A stretch of DNA of 58,988 bases, the filler included, from Porpidia crustulata (taxonomy: Eukaryota), in NCBI GenBank assembly GCA_964255105.1. It is 3 parts of 3 records of this genome, joined end to end, with 100 filler letters (N's around TTAATTAATTAA, not from the genome) between each part and the next. Parts side by side here need not be neighbours in the genome. Positions count along the whole stretch, not along the records: positions 39,403 to 58,988 come from CAXUWE010000138.1; 2 more parts are not named here. One strand, 5' to 3'. Under the pieces are notes generated by a model that was not told where the DNA came from, ran no database searches, and saw only the letters and a program-made list of their open reading frames with translations. Positions 47,144 through 58,988 of the stretch are shown one piece after another. Position numbers and translations under genes: made by a program. The first letter of the stretch is position 1. Each line of letters begins with the position of its first letter.

Positions 47144-49518
47144 AAGAGACGTACGGTGCGCTGGAATTGTACATATTTTGCATGTCGACGGATGTAATGT
47201 CTTTATGGGATTGATATGGGTTGGACACACAATATGAACAGCATTTGTGGGAAAAGAACGGAGCATGTCCTGGCATTATTTCTTGGTTTCCCAGAGTTTC
47301 CGGCGAGAAACATGTGTGACGTTTTTGGGCTTCAGGCGACAGGCTGAGGTGACGGGGGTGGGAAGCTAATCGATCCCCTTGTCTTTATATCAATTATTAC
47401 GTGGACTTATCATCTTGCACTCAATCAGTAGTAGGACTTTTCTTTCATAGCAGTAAAAAAAGATGAGGTGAAACTTTATATGATCGGGTCGCAACAATTA
47501 CACTATATAACGACATCCCACTTGCTCAACGATCAGTCACGCATTGATTATCACTAGTAGCCCCGGAAGTTTCTCGTTCCTCAATGCGTATCTTTTTCAA
47601 CGACAAAGGACAAAGGTAAATGAAGTCATAAAAAATAGATTCTGGCGATGATTTTCACCGCAATTGAGCAGAAAGGCTGGTTGACTGAAGGCGCGACAAA
47701 AAATCTGCCTTCAACTCGCTCTAGGCTCGCCTGAAGGCCTGCCGCTTGAATTCTATATTATTGTCTTCTACTTTATGAGAATTATGCGCACCATTTTCAG
47801 CGAACTTGATTCTTTTGTATTAAGCTAAATTGCAGGGGGCTATCGTACATTCCTCAGGACAAAAAATTTCGCTCAAGATAGAATCTCTCGTACGACAAGA
47901 TGCTAATCTACTTACCAAGACCCAGACCCTCGTCTTCCTCATCAACGCCTGCAACCTCAGCCGCCTATGCTCCCAGTGAATCACAGCGCCCCTTCCCGCC
48001 AATCTCATCTTGGATGTCGTGATAGCTTTCACTGTAGTTGCGTACGCCTTCCCGCATACCCGGATGTGACTGATAGCAATATCGCTACTCGTATGGCGTG
48101 GGAGGCTTGGATCCGGCACGAGTGTATGCGGCAATGGTTGCCGAGGATAATACTGGATGTTGTGGCGTCGGCGGTAATGGTTTTCCTTGGTCAATGATCT
48201 GAGTATGTTGTTGATGACATGTTGAGGGATGTAAATTGGTATGACAGGCTGGTGCATCCAGTAATGGCGACATTAAGGTGGATGCTTGTTGAGCAGATCG
48301 ACGCGTGAAAGAGGCCATGGAAATTCCTAATGGGCAATTGACGCTTGACGTTAGTGTAGATGAGTACTGGTCAGCACGAGAAGAGCTTTGGAGGTCGTGA
48401 ATCATTATTTTACTCATAAATTGGAAGTGCTGTTGAGTCGTATTTACACAAGTATGCCACATGAGCCTGTTGTTCAATCACTTTGTACTTGGCAACCGCG
48501 CAAAACCGTAGAAGAGCGAACGTGTTTCCGCATTGTCGTTGCCGCTCTTCACTTCTTTTACAGTCTTGTTCCCACGTGTAATAGCCATATGTAACCTTGG
48601 ACTGTGGTCAAGCTTCTCGTTTGTGAGCTTTCGTCCCAGTCTAACAGGACGAATAAGGCGTCCCTGAATTATCTGACACCGGCTTCGAGGAAGCCTATTG
48701 TCCGTACAGCATCGAAAGCCTCAATTGCTAATACTCGTCGAAGGTCCAGAAGGGGCCCATCGAAGCGAAGGCTCCTGGGTTGAATGTCAGTTGAAGGAAC
48801 GGATGACAGGCAAGTTTCTGCAACAGACCAACATTGCTACATGCTGACATGTTGTCCCCGCGCTATGGACCTCATGAAGACACACATCGTCGACGACAAT
48901 GCCAATTCCAATCTTCGAACACAATCTAGAAGTCTGGACAAGACCTTAGTGAGGTGTCATAGTCTGTAAGACCATAGTAGAACGTTGGCCCCAACGTGCT
49001 TCAACGTCTGAAAGCTGATGTTGCAACAGGAGAGCTTGGGCGACAGGCATGCCTTGATGAAAAACAGGATGTGGTGGCGGTGGGGTAGGGTAAATTTGAT
49101 GTTCTGTCGGATACATGGAGAGGATCTTAAGACGGCTCTGGCGTGGATTCAGTCCCTGCAATTATCGTCAGCCTCCCTATCATGCAATAGACTCTCGGAA
49201 ACAGGGGTAATGAAATTGATGGCCAGCTTCCCCGCCGCCTAGAGCCAGACAGTTCTCTTGATCTGAGCAAGAGCTCCTCTTGGGAGAATGTCAGTCACAG
49301 ATCAACCGAAGACAGGGAAGCCTATCGTTGGCTTTGTGAACCCAAAGCTGAGTTGGTGAGCTCGTCCTAGCTTCACCCAAGGGTTACTAGTCACCAGCAC
49401 TGCGCAGAAGTGCGAGCTCGTCGCTGGTGCACCGCCCAAAAGAGCCGGAAGCTTGACGCTTCAGCTCTGCGAGCGGTGCCCAGCCAAGCTTACGCCTGGC
49501 TGGGAATGTTTGCACCGA

Positions 49519-49809
49519 TTACCTGAGTGCTGGAACGAGGCACGCGTTGTAGAACAAGCATGTCTCCAGACTCATTTTGACCTCGAGTGCAATTTTCTCT
49601 ATCCTCTGCAACACCTCGAGAGTGGCTTGATTAATACTGCGAAACTTTTCCATCTCGTCGTTAATGCTTCTTAACAGAAGGTTTCTGTCTTGGTCACCTG
49701 AGGTATTAATGTGTCGCATTTTGTAGGCAACGAAGTACGTGATAAGCAGCACGAGTAAGCCGCCCACCCACGCACCCACAGAGCCAGCTATACTGTTTGC
49801 TTCAGACAT
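49519..49809 (-). CDS. Small orphan protein with an N-terminal TM and coiled coil (may splice further)
   Basis: MSEANSIAGSVGAWVGGLLVLLITYFVAYKMR, then a heptad-like helix. The ORF ends at AG|GTAATC, a plausible donor. Confidence 0.4.
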   Translation of the reverse strand: MSEANSIAGSVGAWVGGLLVLLITYFVAYKMRHINTSGDQDRNLLLRSINDEMEKFRSINQATLEVLQRIEKIALEVKMSLETCLFYNACLVPALR

Positions 49810-50157
49810 ATTGCAGATTGATGTGTTGATCGAATATTTATCACAAGAATCTCCCTTACTATTGATAGAGTGGGGCCCAATAGGTCAAAGTGGAGAGAAA
49901 GATATGAAAGCGGAAGCCCAGGGACGTAGATAAATCTACCACTAGCGCCGTTCCTCTAAGCTCCAATGATGGGTTGCTCCTTCCTCGGAAGCGAATTGGT
50001 AGACTCGACCATATAGTTGTACAGCAGCAGCATTACTACCGAGGCTATCTTGATCATCATTGACCATATCAGCCTGTCAGTGGACATACAGCCTCTACAG
50101 ATCAAAGATTGCTGTGTAAACTTCAATCATGCGCACTGAATAGCCTTGATTCTCACA

Positions 50158-51448
50158 TCATGCGGACTGCCAAATCTTGTAGGAACTCCGCCAGCCGATC
50201 ACTGCACATAACATCAATCCTAGCAAGCCCAGAGACAGCAACAGTATGTCTGACCAATGACACAAGTGCATGCGCTGACCAGCTTGTAATGTCCATTCTC
50301 CGCAGAACCGCTTGCTCATTGTATCCTTGTATCGCTGGTCACTCAAGTATGACGCATTGCCAAGAATGACGGCCTGTTGCATCATTCCTTCCTCTTTCTC
50401 AAAGTCCATTTACATTTTTCAGCCTCCCTTATTTGTCCATTCCTGTTGTCGCCGTCTTGGAACGTAGATGCGAGAATCCTCCATTTCGGATCCATTGGTG
50501 TCAGCCCTGATCCCAGGTCCAACCACTTCGTGATGACAATTGCTAGGCCATCACTGACAGTGTCTAAGACTTCAAGTTGGAAATTAAAATTGCAGCGGCG
50601 ACACCTATGACATTTGGTTCTCGCGGCCTCTCCGATCTTGTACTGTATTCATCCAAGCTCGACTCGATCAATTGAAACATTTCACCCTCGTCCGCCACGA
50701 GATGATGACAAACCCACACGCACTTTGATCTCTCAAGCGCCAAATCTGGAAGTCTCGTATGCAGTACCGCCCAGGTTTGAAGCCGAAGACGCAGTCGAGC
50801 CGGTTTTTCGCACACCCGAGCCTCCACTGATAAGAGTGTCGTTATTCGATCCCTTGGCTCGCTCTCGCGAGACTCGCTGACTTGTATAAACGACAATTCA
50901 TCGGTGGAGATGCCGTAGCCGGGGCCGAGGTAATGGCGTAGCATTACTAGCTGCAAATGATGGAAATTGAACCTGTAACAGGAAAATCCTCCATTCACAT
51001 GCACATACGGCCCGAGATCGTCTCTTTGGACGCACCATAGTGGCTTTGAGGGCTGATTGAACGGACCAGGAGGACCAACGCGGTCGCGTGGATGGAGGTG
51101 CGAGCATGAGTGGCAGTAGAACCATGATGGGAGGTCACGGGCTAAGGTGCTGAGGAATTGCTCACGGTGTCCTTGTATGACGGCGCTAGTGCGGAGGCGA
51201 TGCCAGTAGGTGGGACCAATAAGCATCGATAGTCTGCAATTGATGAGGGCAAAACTGGCAGCGTCGGAGAGTGAGAGCTGAAGTGCTATCATCTGAAGAA
51301 GCTCTGATGGCAGGGTTCGAAGACAGCTGGCTGTGGCGTCGGGCTGGTTGGCATCAGCCAAGTCGTTGACCGAGCGGTGGCGAGACCAGAGTAGGGTGTT
51401 CGGAAGTAGCATCTGGGCAGCCTGGACTTGAGATCTTAAAGATCGCAA
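50158..51448 (-). pseudogene. F-box protein gene with two apparent frameshifts (pseudogene or assembly errors)
   Basis: F-box LRTLPSELLQMIALQLSLSDAASFALIN and CHSCSHLH. Near 50610 the protein-like sequence continues in another frame (HRCRRCNFNFQLEV...LAIVITKWLDLGSGLTPMDPKW). Near 50410 it shifts again into DFEKEEG...TM tail (ORF 50158-50409). Confidence 0.65.
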
Positions 51449-51547
51449 GACGGCTTGTTTGAATAGCGTCTTATGTATTGCTGTAGATGCGTAGTCACCT
51501 AGAACCCCCTCAACCGCGCGATAAGGTACTCACCCGCCTCACCCGGG

Positions 51548-54500
51548 TTGCGCGACATTAAGGCGGCGCTCACGCTAAGCCCAAGGAGGGGTGAGGCCGG
51601 GGCAGATTTTGGTTCTCTTGGCAAATCCAATACCCGTACTTTCAAATATCGAATTCGTAGGATCTTCAACATCTCTTACAGTCACCCAAAGCTTATATCA
51701 GAAGAAGGAGGGGGGGTTACTACCAATACATCATCCCCAATACTACCTAGAGCGTATCCTGAACACAATACTATATGTACGCTCCTGAAACGGCCATCTT
51801 CCTTCTGCCAAGCCTTATTTCCTAAGGGAAATAAGGCAGTCACCTTCACGACGTCTTCCCACAAGAAGCGCAAGCTTTCACCGCCAGCTGCTTCGGCAAC
51901 TGAATCGCTAACGCGCTCATCTGTGTGGGATGGTTCAAGTTCGCCCATCAGTCAACAAACACAGCCATTCTCCTCACCTCCGAGAATCCTCTTACCAGAT
52001 CCTACAACAAATCTTCCCTCTTCACCCTCGCCTCCGCGCTTCATCCCACAGCATTTACTAGTCGAAGGCGCCGGGAGAAGGCGTTCACCAACACCAGAAA
52101 TATCAAGTACAGCCGCAAGCTCTCCAAGTGCGGCATACTCTGCCTTGGCGCTCGATCAAGAAGGAACGGTGGACATATCAGGTGCTGAGTCCTTTGGGTC
52201 CAAAGATAAGGGTGGAATCGGGAGAACAAGCTTGGGGAGTATCACGAGTCAGCTAGATCGACCACCGTCTCCCGCAACTTCTAAGAGACCGGCCTCAGAT
52301 ATGGATGGTATAAAATCTGACTTGGCAAAAGAGGATACTAAGATGGAAGAAGATGTAATTAGCAAGACACCCGAGGTTTTGACGTCCTGCCCTGTAGATG
52401 AGAGCCCCATATTACGGAGAAAGTCTCAGAGCCAAACAACACGCCATAGGAGGGAGGTCTCCGTGGACATGCTCGCCCATGATCCGGGTCCCTCAACTGC
52501 TCAAGGATTTGCCTCAACTGCTGCACCGGATAGAATCGAGAATCTATCGCACAGCATCTACCAGACTCCGCTAAGCGGCAATTCCTCAACGGTTTCCACC
52601 GCTGGCCTTCGCGATTTGTCTGGAACCTCATCAACCTCGAGTTCCACGAACGTCGATATTCCTTCAATCGACGATCAAATTCGACAAGTAATGCAGCTAG
52701 CAGAGCAACCCGCCGAAGAGGGTCAGAAAGGCTACCTCGTGTCCACCAAATGGCTCTCCCGAGTTCTTTCGAGAGGCTCCAATGCTGTGGGCGCTGATAA
52801 ATATGGGAAGGAAGCTAGGGAGGGAAAAATTGGATCGATAGATAATTCGGGCCTGCCTGTGATCCTGGATCAGACACATGGTGGATTGAAAGACGAGAAA
52901 GGCGAGCCATACGTACCGTTACGATCGTCGTTACAGATTGGAGAAGACTTCGAGATATTACCTCAAGAAGCTTGGGACCTAGTCATCAACTGGTATGGGA
53001 TTGCCAAAGAATCATTAATTATTACAAGATACTGTCACAATACGAGTACTAGTGAGACAGCTTCCAATCTGCAATATGAATTGCATCCTCCCATTTTCAC
53101 GTTATTGAAGCTTCCCGATACGAGTGAAGGGATCACGAAGAAGTCCCTTGCCGAGAAACATGCCACTCCCATCCGAGTCCTAGCAAGCAGGCATGAGCTG
53201 TTTCAAGACTTCTTGAAGCGGGTTAAAGGTCTGGCTGGGATAGAGCATAGGACGAAGGTCAGAGTTTGGAGGATCTTAGGTGGCTTAGGAAGAGACGCCC
53301 AGGCAGGCTTGATCACTCCTGCGCAATCTCGCAGCAACTCCCCGGCGCCGAACGCTGTGACGCCAGTAGATGCAGGAAATGAGCTCGTCCTGGATGTGAG
53401 CACATTTGTGGAGCTACAACTAGGCTCGCAGCGTGAGCTTGTTGAAGCAAGAGACGAGACTGCAAATGAGAAGTATAACGGCCATTTGACTTTAGACATT
53501 GTTGGCCTCCGGCAGGATGAAGTGATTGTCCTCGAAGAGCAAATTGGTGGTCCTGCCGGTGGTGAGTGGGTCTCAGATGCGTCCACTAGACAAGCAAAAG
53601 TCAATGGTGTGCCTATAAGTATCACTAAAAGTGGCGCCACGGCTGTGAGAGATACCCTGAAGCCAAAGAATATCAATAGCGGAAGGACAAGTCCATCCCT
53701 TGGAACAGTGGGCATGATGACTAGGGGACGCGCGCAAAAGAATCGACGAACTCGAGGCATGACCGGGCTTAATAACTTGGGCAATACCTGCTACATGAAC
53801 TCAGCATTGCAATGTATTAGAAGTATCGAAGAATTGACTCAGTATTTCCTGCGTAAGTTCTTCCAATCTCTCGATCAAGTTTGTTTCAAATTACTCATTG
53901 ACTGTTCCATAGTGGACAAATTCAAAAGTGAACTGAATCCCAGCAACCCCTTATCGCACAACGGCGAGGTCGCGAGGGCGTATGCTGCGCTACTCAAAGA
54001 AATGTTCAGTGACAACGCAAACTCTTCCTTTGCTCCTCGGAACTTCAAAAATGTCATCGGCAAATATGGGCCCTCGTTTTCTGGCTACGGACAGCAGGAT
54101 TCACAGGAATTTCTTCTATTCCTCTTAGATGGACTACAAGAAGATCTAAATCGTATCCACAAGAAGCCTTATGTGGAAAAACCAGACTCTACCGACGAAA
54201 TGGTTCACGATCCTGTAGCTTTACGCGGTATGGCGGACAAATGCTGGGAGATTTACAAGGCCCGTAACGACTCGGTCATCACAGACCTTTTTGCCGGAAT
54301 GTACAAGTCCACCGTCGTCTGTCCCACGTGTGACAAAGTCAGCATTATCTTCGATCCATTCAACAACCTTACACTGCAGCTGCCCATTGAGAATCTTTGG
54401 TCTCGTATCATATTCTTCTTCCCATTGCATTCACGACCAATACAGATTTCAGTCGATATCAGTAAGAATGCGACTTTCGCGGCTCTTAAAGAGTACGTGG

Positions 54501-57045
54501 CTGGGAAAGCCGGTGTTCCTCCTAAAAAGACAGTCGTTGCGGAGATATATAAGAACAGGATTTATAAGATGTTTGATGATAACATCACCATAGGGGAAGA
54601 ACGGATTGCCGAGGGCGACAACATTGCCATCTTTGAGCTCGACGATGAGCCAACCAATTATCCAGCACCCAAAAAGAAGAGTCAGAAATTCCGAGGTCTA
54701 ACTTTCCATAACACCCCTTCTGATGAGGATAGCGAGATCCCCGATAGTGAATCAGCTTTGACAGATAAAATGCTGGTGGCTGTTTTCAATCGCCAGACCA
54801 AAGATGGCTCATACAGATACCAGCACCGGGCGGTCTTTGGAGTTCCGTCTTATATTATTGTAACTCGCGATGAAGCTAAGAACTATGACGCTATCCTGCA
54901 GAAAGTGCTGGCAAAAGTTCAAACCATGACGACTAGAGATTTCTTACGAGAAGACCATGATTCCACAAGTGGCTTGACTCCAGACGACTCTGACGCTGTT
55001 CTGATGGCCACTGACGAAGATTCATCCTCTGATTCCAAGGTTCAGGCTAAGTCTCTTGAAAGTGAAGATGGAATGGTTGACATATCGATGCGGGATTCAG
55101 GCGAGGATTCTCCCAAGGCTACCGAGGTCCCCAAAGGATCTGGGACGGCTACAATTACACCACTGGCTCCAATGCTTCAACCTGGAAGTTTCATTACGCC
55201 AGAAGTCAGGAATCTATTTGATATGAAATACTTCTCTTCAGGATCTGAGTTGATTCCTACCGGCTGGTCAACGCTACAAGACGAGAACAAGGACTACCCT
55301 ACGATTGTTTCAAGAATACCAGAGTCATGCGTTGACCGTACGCCGAAGAAAATGACAAAGATTCAACGCCGGCTGAAGAGGCTTGATAGCGCAAGCTCTA
55401 GTGACGAGGATATTCTAGACGGTAGTTCAGCAGTAGCATCAGCCCGGTCCTTTGAGCGGCATCCTGACAGCGACTCTGATGACGGTCTACCTCCCGTGCA
55501 ACGATTAGTCCAGCAGCCGAGCAGAGGCTACAGTAGGTTTAACAAATACACGTTTCAAGATACCAAGAAGCTAATCACATACTCCCGGAAAGATAAAGAC
55601 GTCGCAACAGACTCAAAGTTCGAAGAGAAGCAGCCCCAGATGAACGAAGTCGCATTAATCCGGCTTGGCGAAGCCATTGTCCTGGACTGGACTCCAGAGG
55701 CTTATGATGCTCTGTTTACCGGGACAGACTCATATCTAGACGATGAATTACGGGGTGCAGCTACTTGGGAGAGCATCGCAACCATGCCTGACCCCGAGCT
55801 TGAGGAAAGCAGGAAGGTTCGAGCTAGTCGAAAACGGCATGGAATCAGTTTGGGTGACTGCTTGGACGAATTCGGAAAGTCGGAGACTCTGTCGGAAAAC
55901 GATGCATGGTACTGTCCGCGCTGCAAGGAACATCGCCGAGCAAGTAAGACATTTGAGTTATGGAAAGCACCTGATGTTCTTGTGATCCATCTCAAACGAT
56001 TTAGTGTTCAAGGCCGATTTAGCGACAAGTTGGACATTTTTGTTGACTTTCCGGTCGAAGGGCTCGATTTGACTTCGAGAGTGGCTATGCAGGAAGAAGG
56101 TAAAAGTCCGATATATGATCTCTTTGCTGTAGACAACCACTATGGTGGTCTGGGGGGTGGTCATTATACGGCTTTCGCCCAAAACTTTGTCGATAAGAAC
56201 TGGTACGAATACAACGGTACGCTAGGTCACTTCGCGCCTCCTTAGATTCGCGCTGACAAAAGATAGACTCTTCGGTCATGCTACGCCAAAACGCCGAAAA
56301 GGTTGTAACCCCTTCAGCATATCTTCTATTCTATCGCCGTCGAGCCTCTCAGCCTCTGGGAGGCCCGTTCTTTGAGAAGCTAGTCAACGCCGTTCAAAAC
56401 CCGACTGCTGAATCTCATGCCCCTTCCCGAAACGAATCACCGGCGGGGGAAGGCAAGCGACTCGACGACTCCTCCCGCAATGGGTCGTCGAGCGCCTTAC
56501 GAGAAGTAGGAGCGGTTCACCAAGCGGGAGATGGTGGTCCGGGGCCAGGGACAGTGGAGAGGAGGATCGGAGTCAATGATGAGTTGCCTGGGTATGAAGA
56601 TCCACAGCCGGGGATCATGGAAGGTATGGGACTCGAAGAAGATGGGGAGATTGGTGGGATGCATGGACCGTTCGTGCCCAGCCAATTTCGATCAAGTCCA
56701 AACTGGAGTTTCGATAGCCTCAATAATACAGACCAGGAAATGCAAGGAATGACGCAAATCATCGCCGCACCGCCAGGAAGTGATCAAGACAACGATGAAG
56801 ATCTCTTCGAAGACAGAGCCGGCACGACCAGTAGCAAAGCGGCTTCGTTAGCAAGCAGTGGCAGAAGCCGATTTGCGGATTTTGCAGAGGACGAGGGGAC
56901 GACCGCCGGTGCCTTTGGCATACCAGCTCATATGGGCTCGTCGGACGAATTACAAACATTGCTCCCACCCGATATTGAGGAGTCTGAAGAGCCGGTGACA
57001 GAACTACCGGCTCCGCAGGGGGAAGATATGTTCAAGATGGACTAG
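51548..57045 (+). CDS. UBP12: Ubiquitin C-terminal hydrolase, Ubp12/USP4-15-like (DUSP + split C19 catalytic domain); start uncertain (first ATG 52301)
   Basis: DUSP-like GYLVSTKWL...DFEILPQEAWDLVINWYG; Cys box GLNNLGNTCYMNSALQC; QQDSQEFL; CPTC and CPRC; IHLKRF; His box YDLFAVDNHYGGLGGGHYTA; WYEYNDS across the splice. Introns 53853-53912 and 56217-56266. Confidence 0.93.
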
Positions 57046-57754
57046 CAACATTCTTCTGGCCTTTCGAGGCCCTACCAAGTTTTTTCGGTAGCGAAAAGCG
57101 ATTGGGCTTCGTGGTTTGCGTGACAACCATAGATTTTAAGTACTGTAAATAGACGCATAGCGACTGCAACGATCCTTTAGGTCTCCTATACTCTATTTCC
57201 ACGAAGGAGCGGCTTATATTTTTCTAAGGCGTTGGAATGTTCTCATGCAGTTTTGGTCATTAGGTTGAGCATTGAAGGTTCATCAACTCTGCACTCATGA
57301 ATCCTTCTGAAGTGGTCATAGTAAGGAGTACCTGCATTTTGAATGAGCGCACGGATCAAGTTGAAAAGTCACGTGAATTTGTAGGGCTGAACTAAGATGC
57401 TTTCGGTGATTCCCCTGTATTCTATTCTCTGTATTAGAAACCCCGCTATTTGAGCTCGTCCTCCCGCATTTCGTCACCCACTCAGACAGTCGACTCACAT
57501 GCACTTGTATGAGCTCTGCGCATGATGAAAGCCAGTCACCAACCTCCATTATCATCTGATGTTTTGATGCCCAGTACTCTGATCATGCAAGACCGTTCCA
57601 TCCTATGTTGCCTTCGAAAGGGTTGCTGTGACGCATCCTGGGACTGAATTTCTTGTCTTCATCTCGAGTAGACTATTAGCCAGAAGCATCAGGAAGTGCG
57701 AGGTTTCGGCCAAGGGAGCTCCAAAAAAATTATAGTAACCAAACCTCTTGCATC

Positions 57755-58988
57755 ATGGCGCCGAACCTGGGAGGAGCGATATCTAAACCCGACGTTGAGA
57801 CAAGTCGGCTAGTGGAGGCCTTGGATCGGAAGAGGAAACAGCTGGACCTAGAGATTGCAGAATTCAACGCTAAGAAAGATGAGGAATACAGGATATTTGA
57901 GAAAGAATTGCGAAGTGTGGGAGGTGAAGAGGACAAGCAACCTGCTCGCGACGTGCCGGAGAAACCTTTGGTAGAGCGTGGAAGGTATCGAGAACGAGGA
58001 TCAAGTCAGAATGTAACCGTTCAAAAGAACGGCTTTCATGGCAACGGTTTTCAGGACCATGCTCGAAACTCATACCTCTCAGATGTACCCAATGTACAGA
58101 AAGATCCTGTCGTGGGGACATTCCTCAACGAGCATGAGCGAGAAGCCGAATTTCGAGGCCTCTTCACTCCAGACTATCTCCCTTTACTGGACACTTCAGC
58201 CAAAGACCAACGGCGAGGCTCCCGCGAAGGTATTCCCCCTCTTATGCTTTCGCCTCAGGATCAGCCCATAAGCACCCGCAATATTGTTCAAGGCTTCTCC
58301 TCATCAGCCACGTTACCAACTCCCAGCTTCAATGCCTCACCGCCGCCTCAACCCGCTCGTCCGTTAGCGGCAAGTGTCCCGCACCGTGAAGATTTGCATG
58401 AACGAAGAGACACTTCGATAGCCAGTCTCCGGAGTAGCATGCGAGACCCAAAAACGCCTCGTTCACCAAAGCGCGTCCTATTCTCGATCGACGACACCGT
58501 CGTGTCGCCGAGTACATCTCCAATCACGCAGCGATCGAACAAAGGCCCTTCCGCTCAAAAAGCCCGACAATTCGACATGCCTATCGCATTTCCCAGAAGT
58601 AGCGGCATGATGAACGGCAAGCACGAAGGATCCCACCGCATGGATTGGACCAAAACCCCGTCTCCAAAGCCGGAAAGATCCGAACCGACTGCCTTTTCTT
58701 CCTCCGCAACCCCCAGCGCCCGCCTCTCTGTCTTCACGTCTCCAGATCGAACGCAACAAGCCACCTACGACGGTTTCCCACTAACCGGCAACGAAGAATT
58801 CGAACACGTCAACGGCGGCGAAGACGAACTCTTCACCTTTGACGAGGACTTGCACATGGAAGATCTGGATGATGATGGAGGAGGGAACCCGGAAGGAGAG
58901 ATTCGATCCGACGACGACGAAGAGGGGAAAGTTGGGACTGTGCTGGATAATTCGCCTCATGCGGGTAGTTTACCGATTGAGATTAGGT
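57755..58988 (+). CDS. Hypothetical, mostly disordered protein with short linear motifs; 3'-truncated by the window edge
   Basis: Stop-free frame of 411 codons from the ATG at 57755 (context ATCATGG), absent from the ORF track because there is no stop. N-terminal coiled coil, GLFTPDYLPLLD, KRVLF, LFTFDED and SPHAGSLPIEI. Confidence 0.8.
   Translation, partial: MAPNLGGAISKPDVETSRLVEALDRKRKQLDLEIAEFNAKKDEEYRIFEKELRSVGGEEDKQPARDVPEKPLVERGRYRERGSSQNVTVQKNGFHGNGFQDHARNSYLSDVPNVQKDPVVGTFLNEHEREAEFRGLFTPDYLPLLDTSAKDQRRGSREGIPPLMLSPQDQPISTRNIVQGFSSSATLPTPSFNASPPPQPARPLAASVPHREDLHERRDTSIASLRSSMRDPKTPRSPKRVLFSIDDTVVSPSTSPITQRSNKGPSAQKARQFDMPIAFPRSSGMMNGKHEGSHRMDWTKTPSPKPERSEPTAFSSSATPSARLSVFTSPDRTQQATYDGFPLTGNEEFEHVNGGEDELFTFDEDLHMEDLDDDGGGNPEGEIRSDDDEEGKVGTVLDNSPHAGSLPIEIR

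Overview
Gene-dense, intron-containing nuclear DNA from a filamentous ascomycete (Pezizomycotina). The assignment is inferred from short GT-AG introns with CTRAY-type branch points and from the gene content. Two identical 100-bp N44-TTAATTAATTAA-N44 spacers (19604-19703, 39303-39402) split the window into three contigs, so adjacency across them is not guaranteed. About 20 genes can be modelled by manual splicing. Contig 1: an isochorismatase-like/AlkB-like/GST-like triple fusion, SRAP/HMCES, an Mgr3-like TPR protein, RACK1/CPC2 with an intronic U24-like C/D snoRNA, a Mim2-like protein, a protein with a truncated Zn-cluster motif and a Ser/Thr-rich membrane protein. Contig 2: a cytochrome P450, TAPT1/Emp65, a multi-TM protein, a SAM methyltransferase, a conserved hypothetical protein, DUG2 and a HeLo/SesA-like + LMW-PTP-like + KH-like fusion. 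Contig 3: an orphan membrane gene, SNX41/Atg20, GH76 Dfg5/Dcw1, a frameshifted F-box gene, a Ubp12-like USP and a partial ORF carrying PRAS40-like motifs. The best leads are: the HeLo-like/pseudophosphatase/KH fusion (37500-39169), visible only after splicing; the AlkB-fusion + SRAP neighbourhood; the PRAS40-like ORF missed by the ORF track; the U24 snoRNA with one decayed guide; and the 251-codon AUG-less extension of the USP. All family assignments come from motif recognition by eye; no searches were run.
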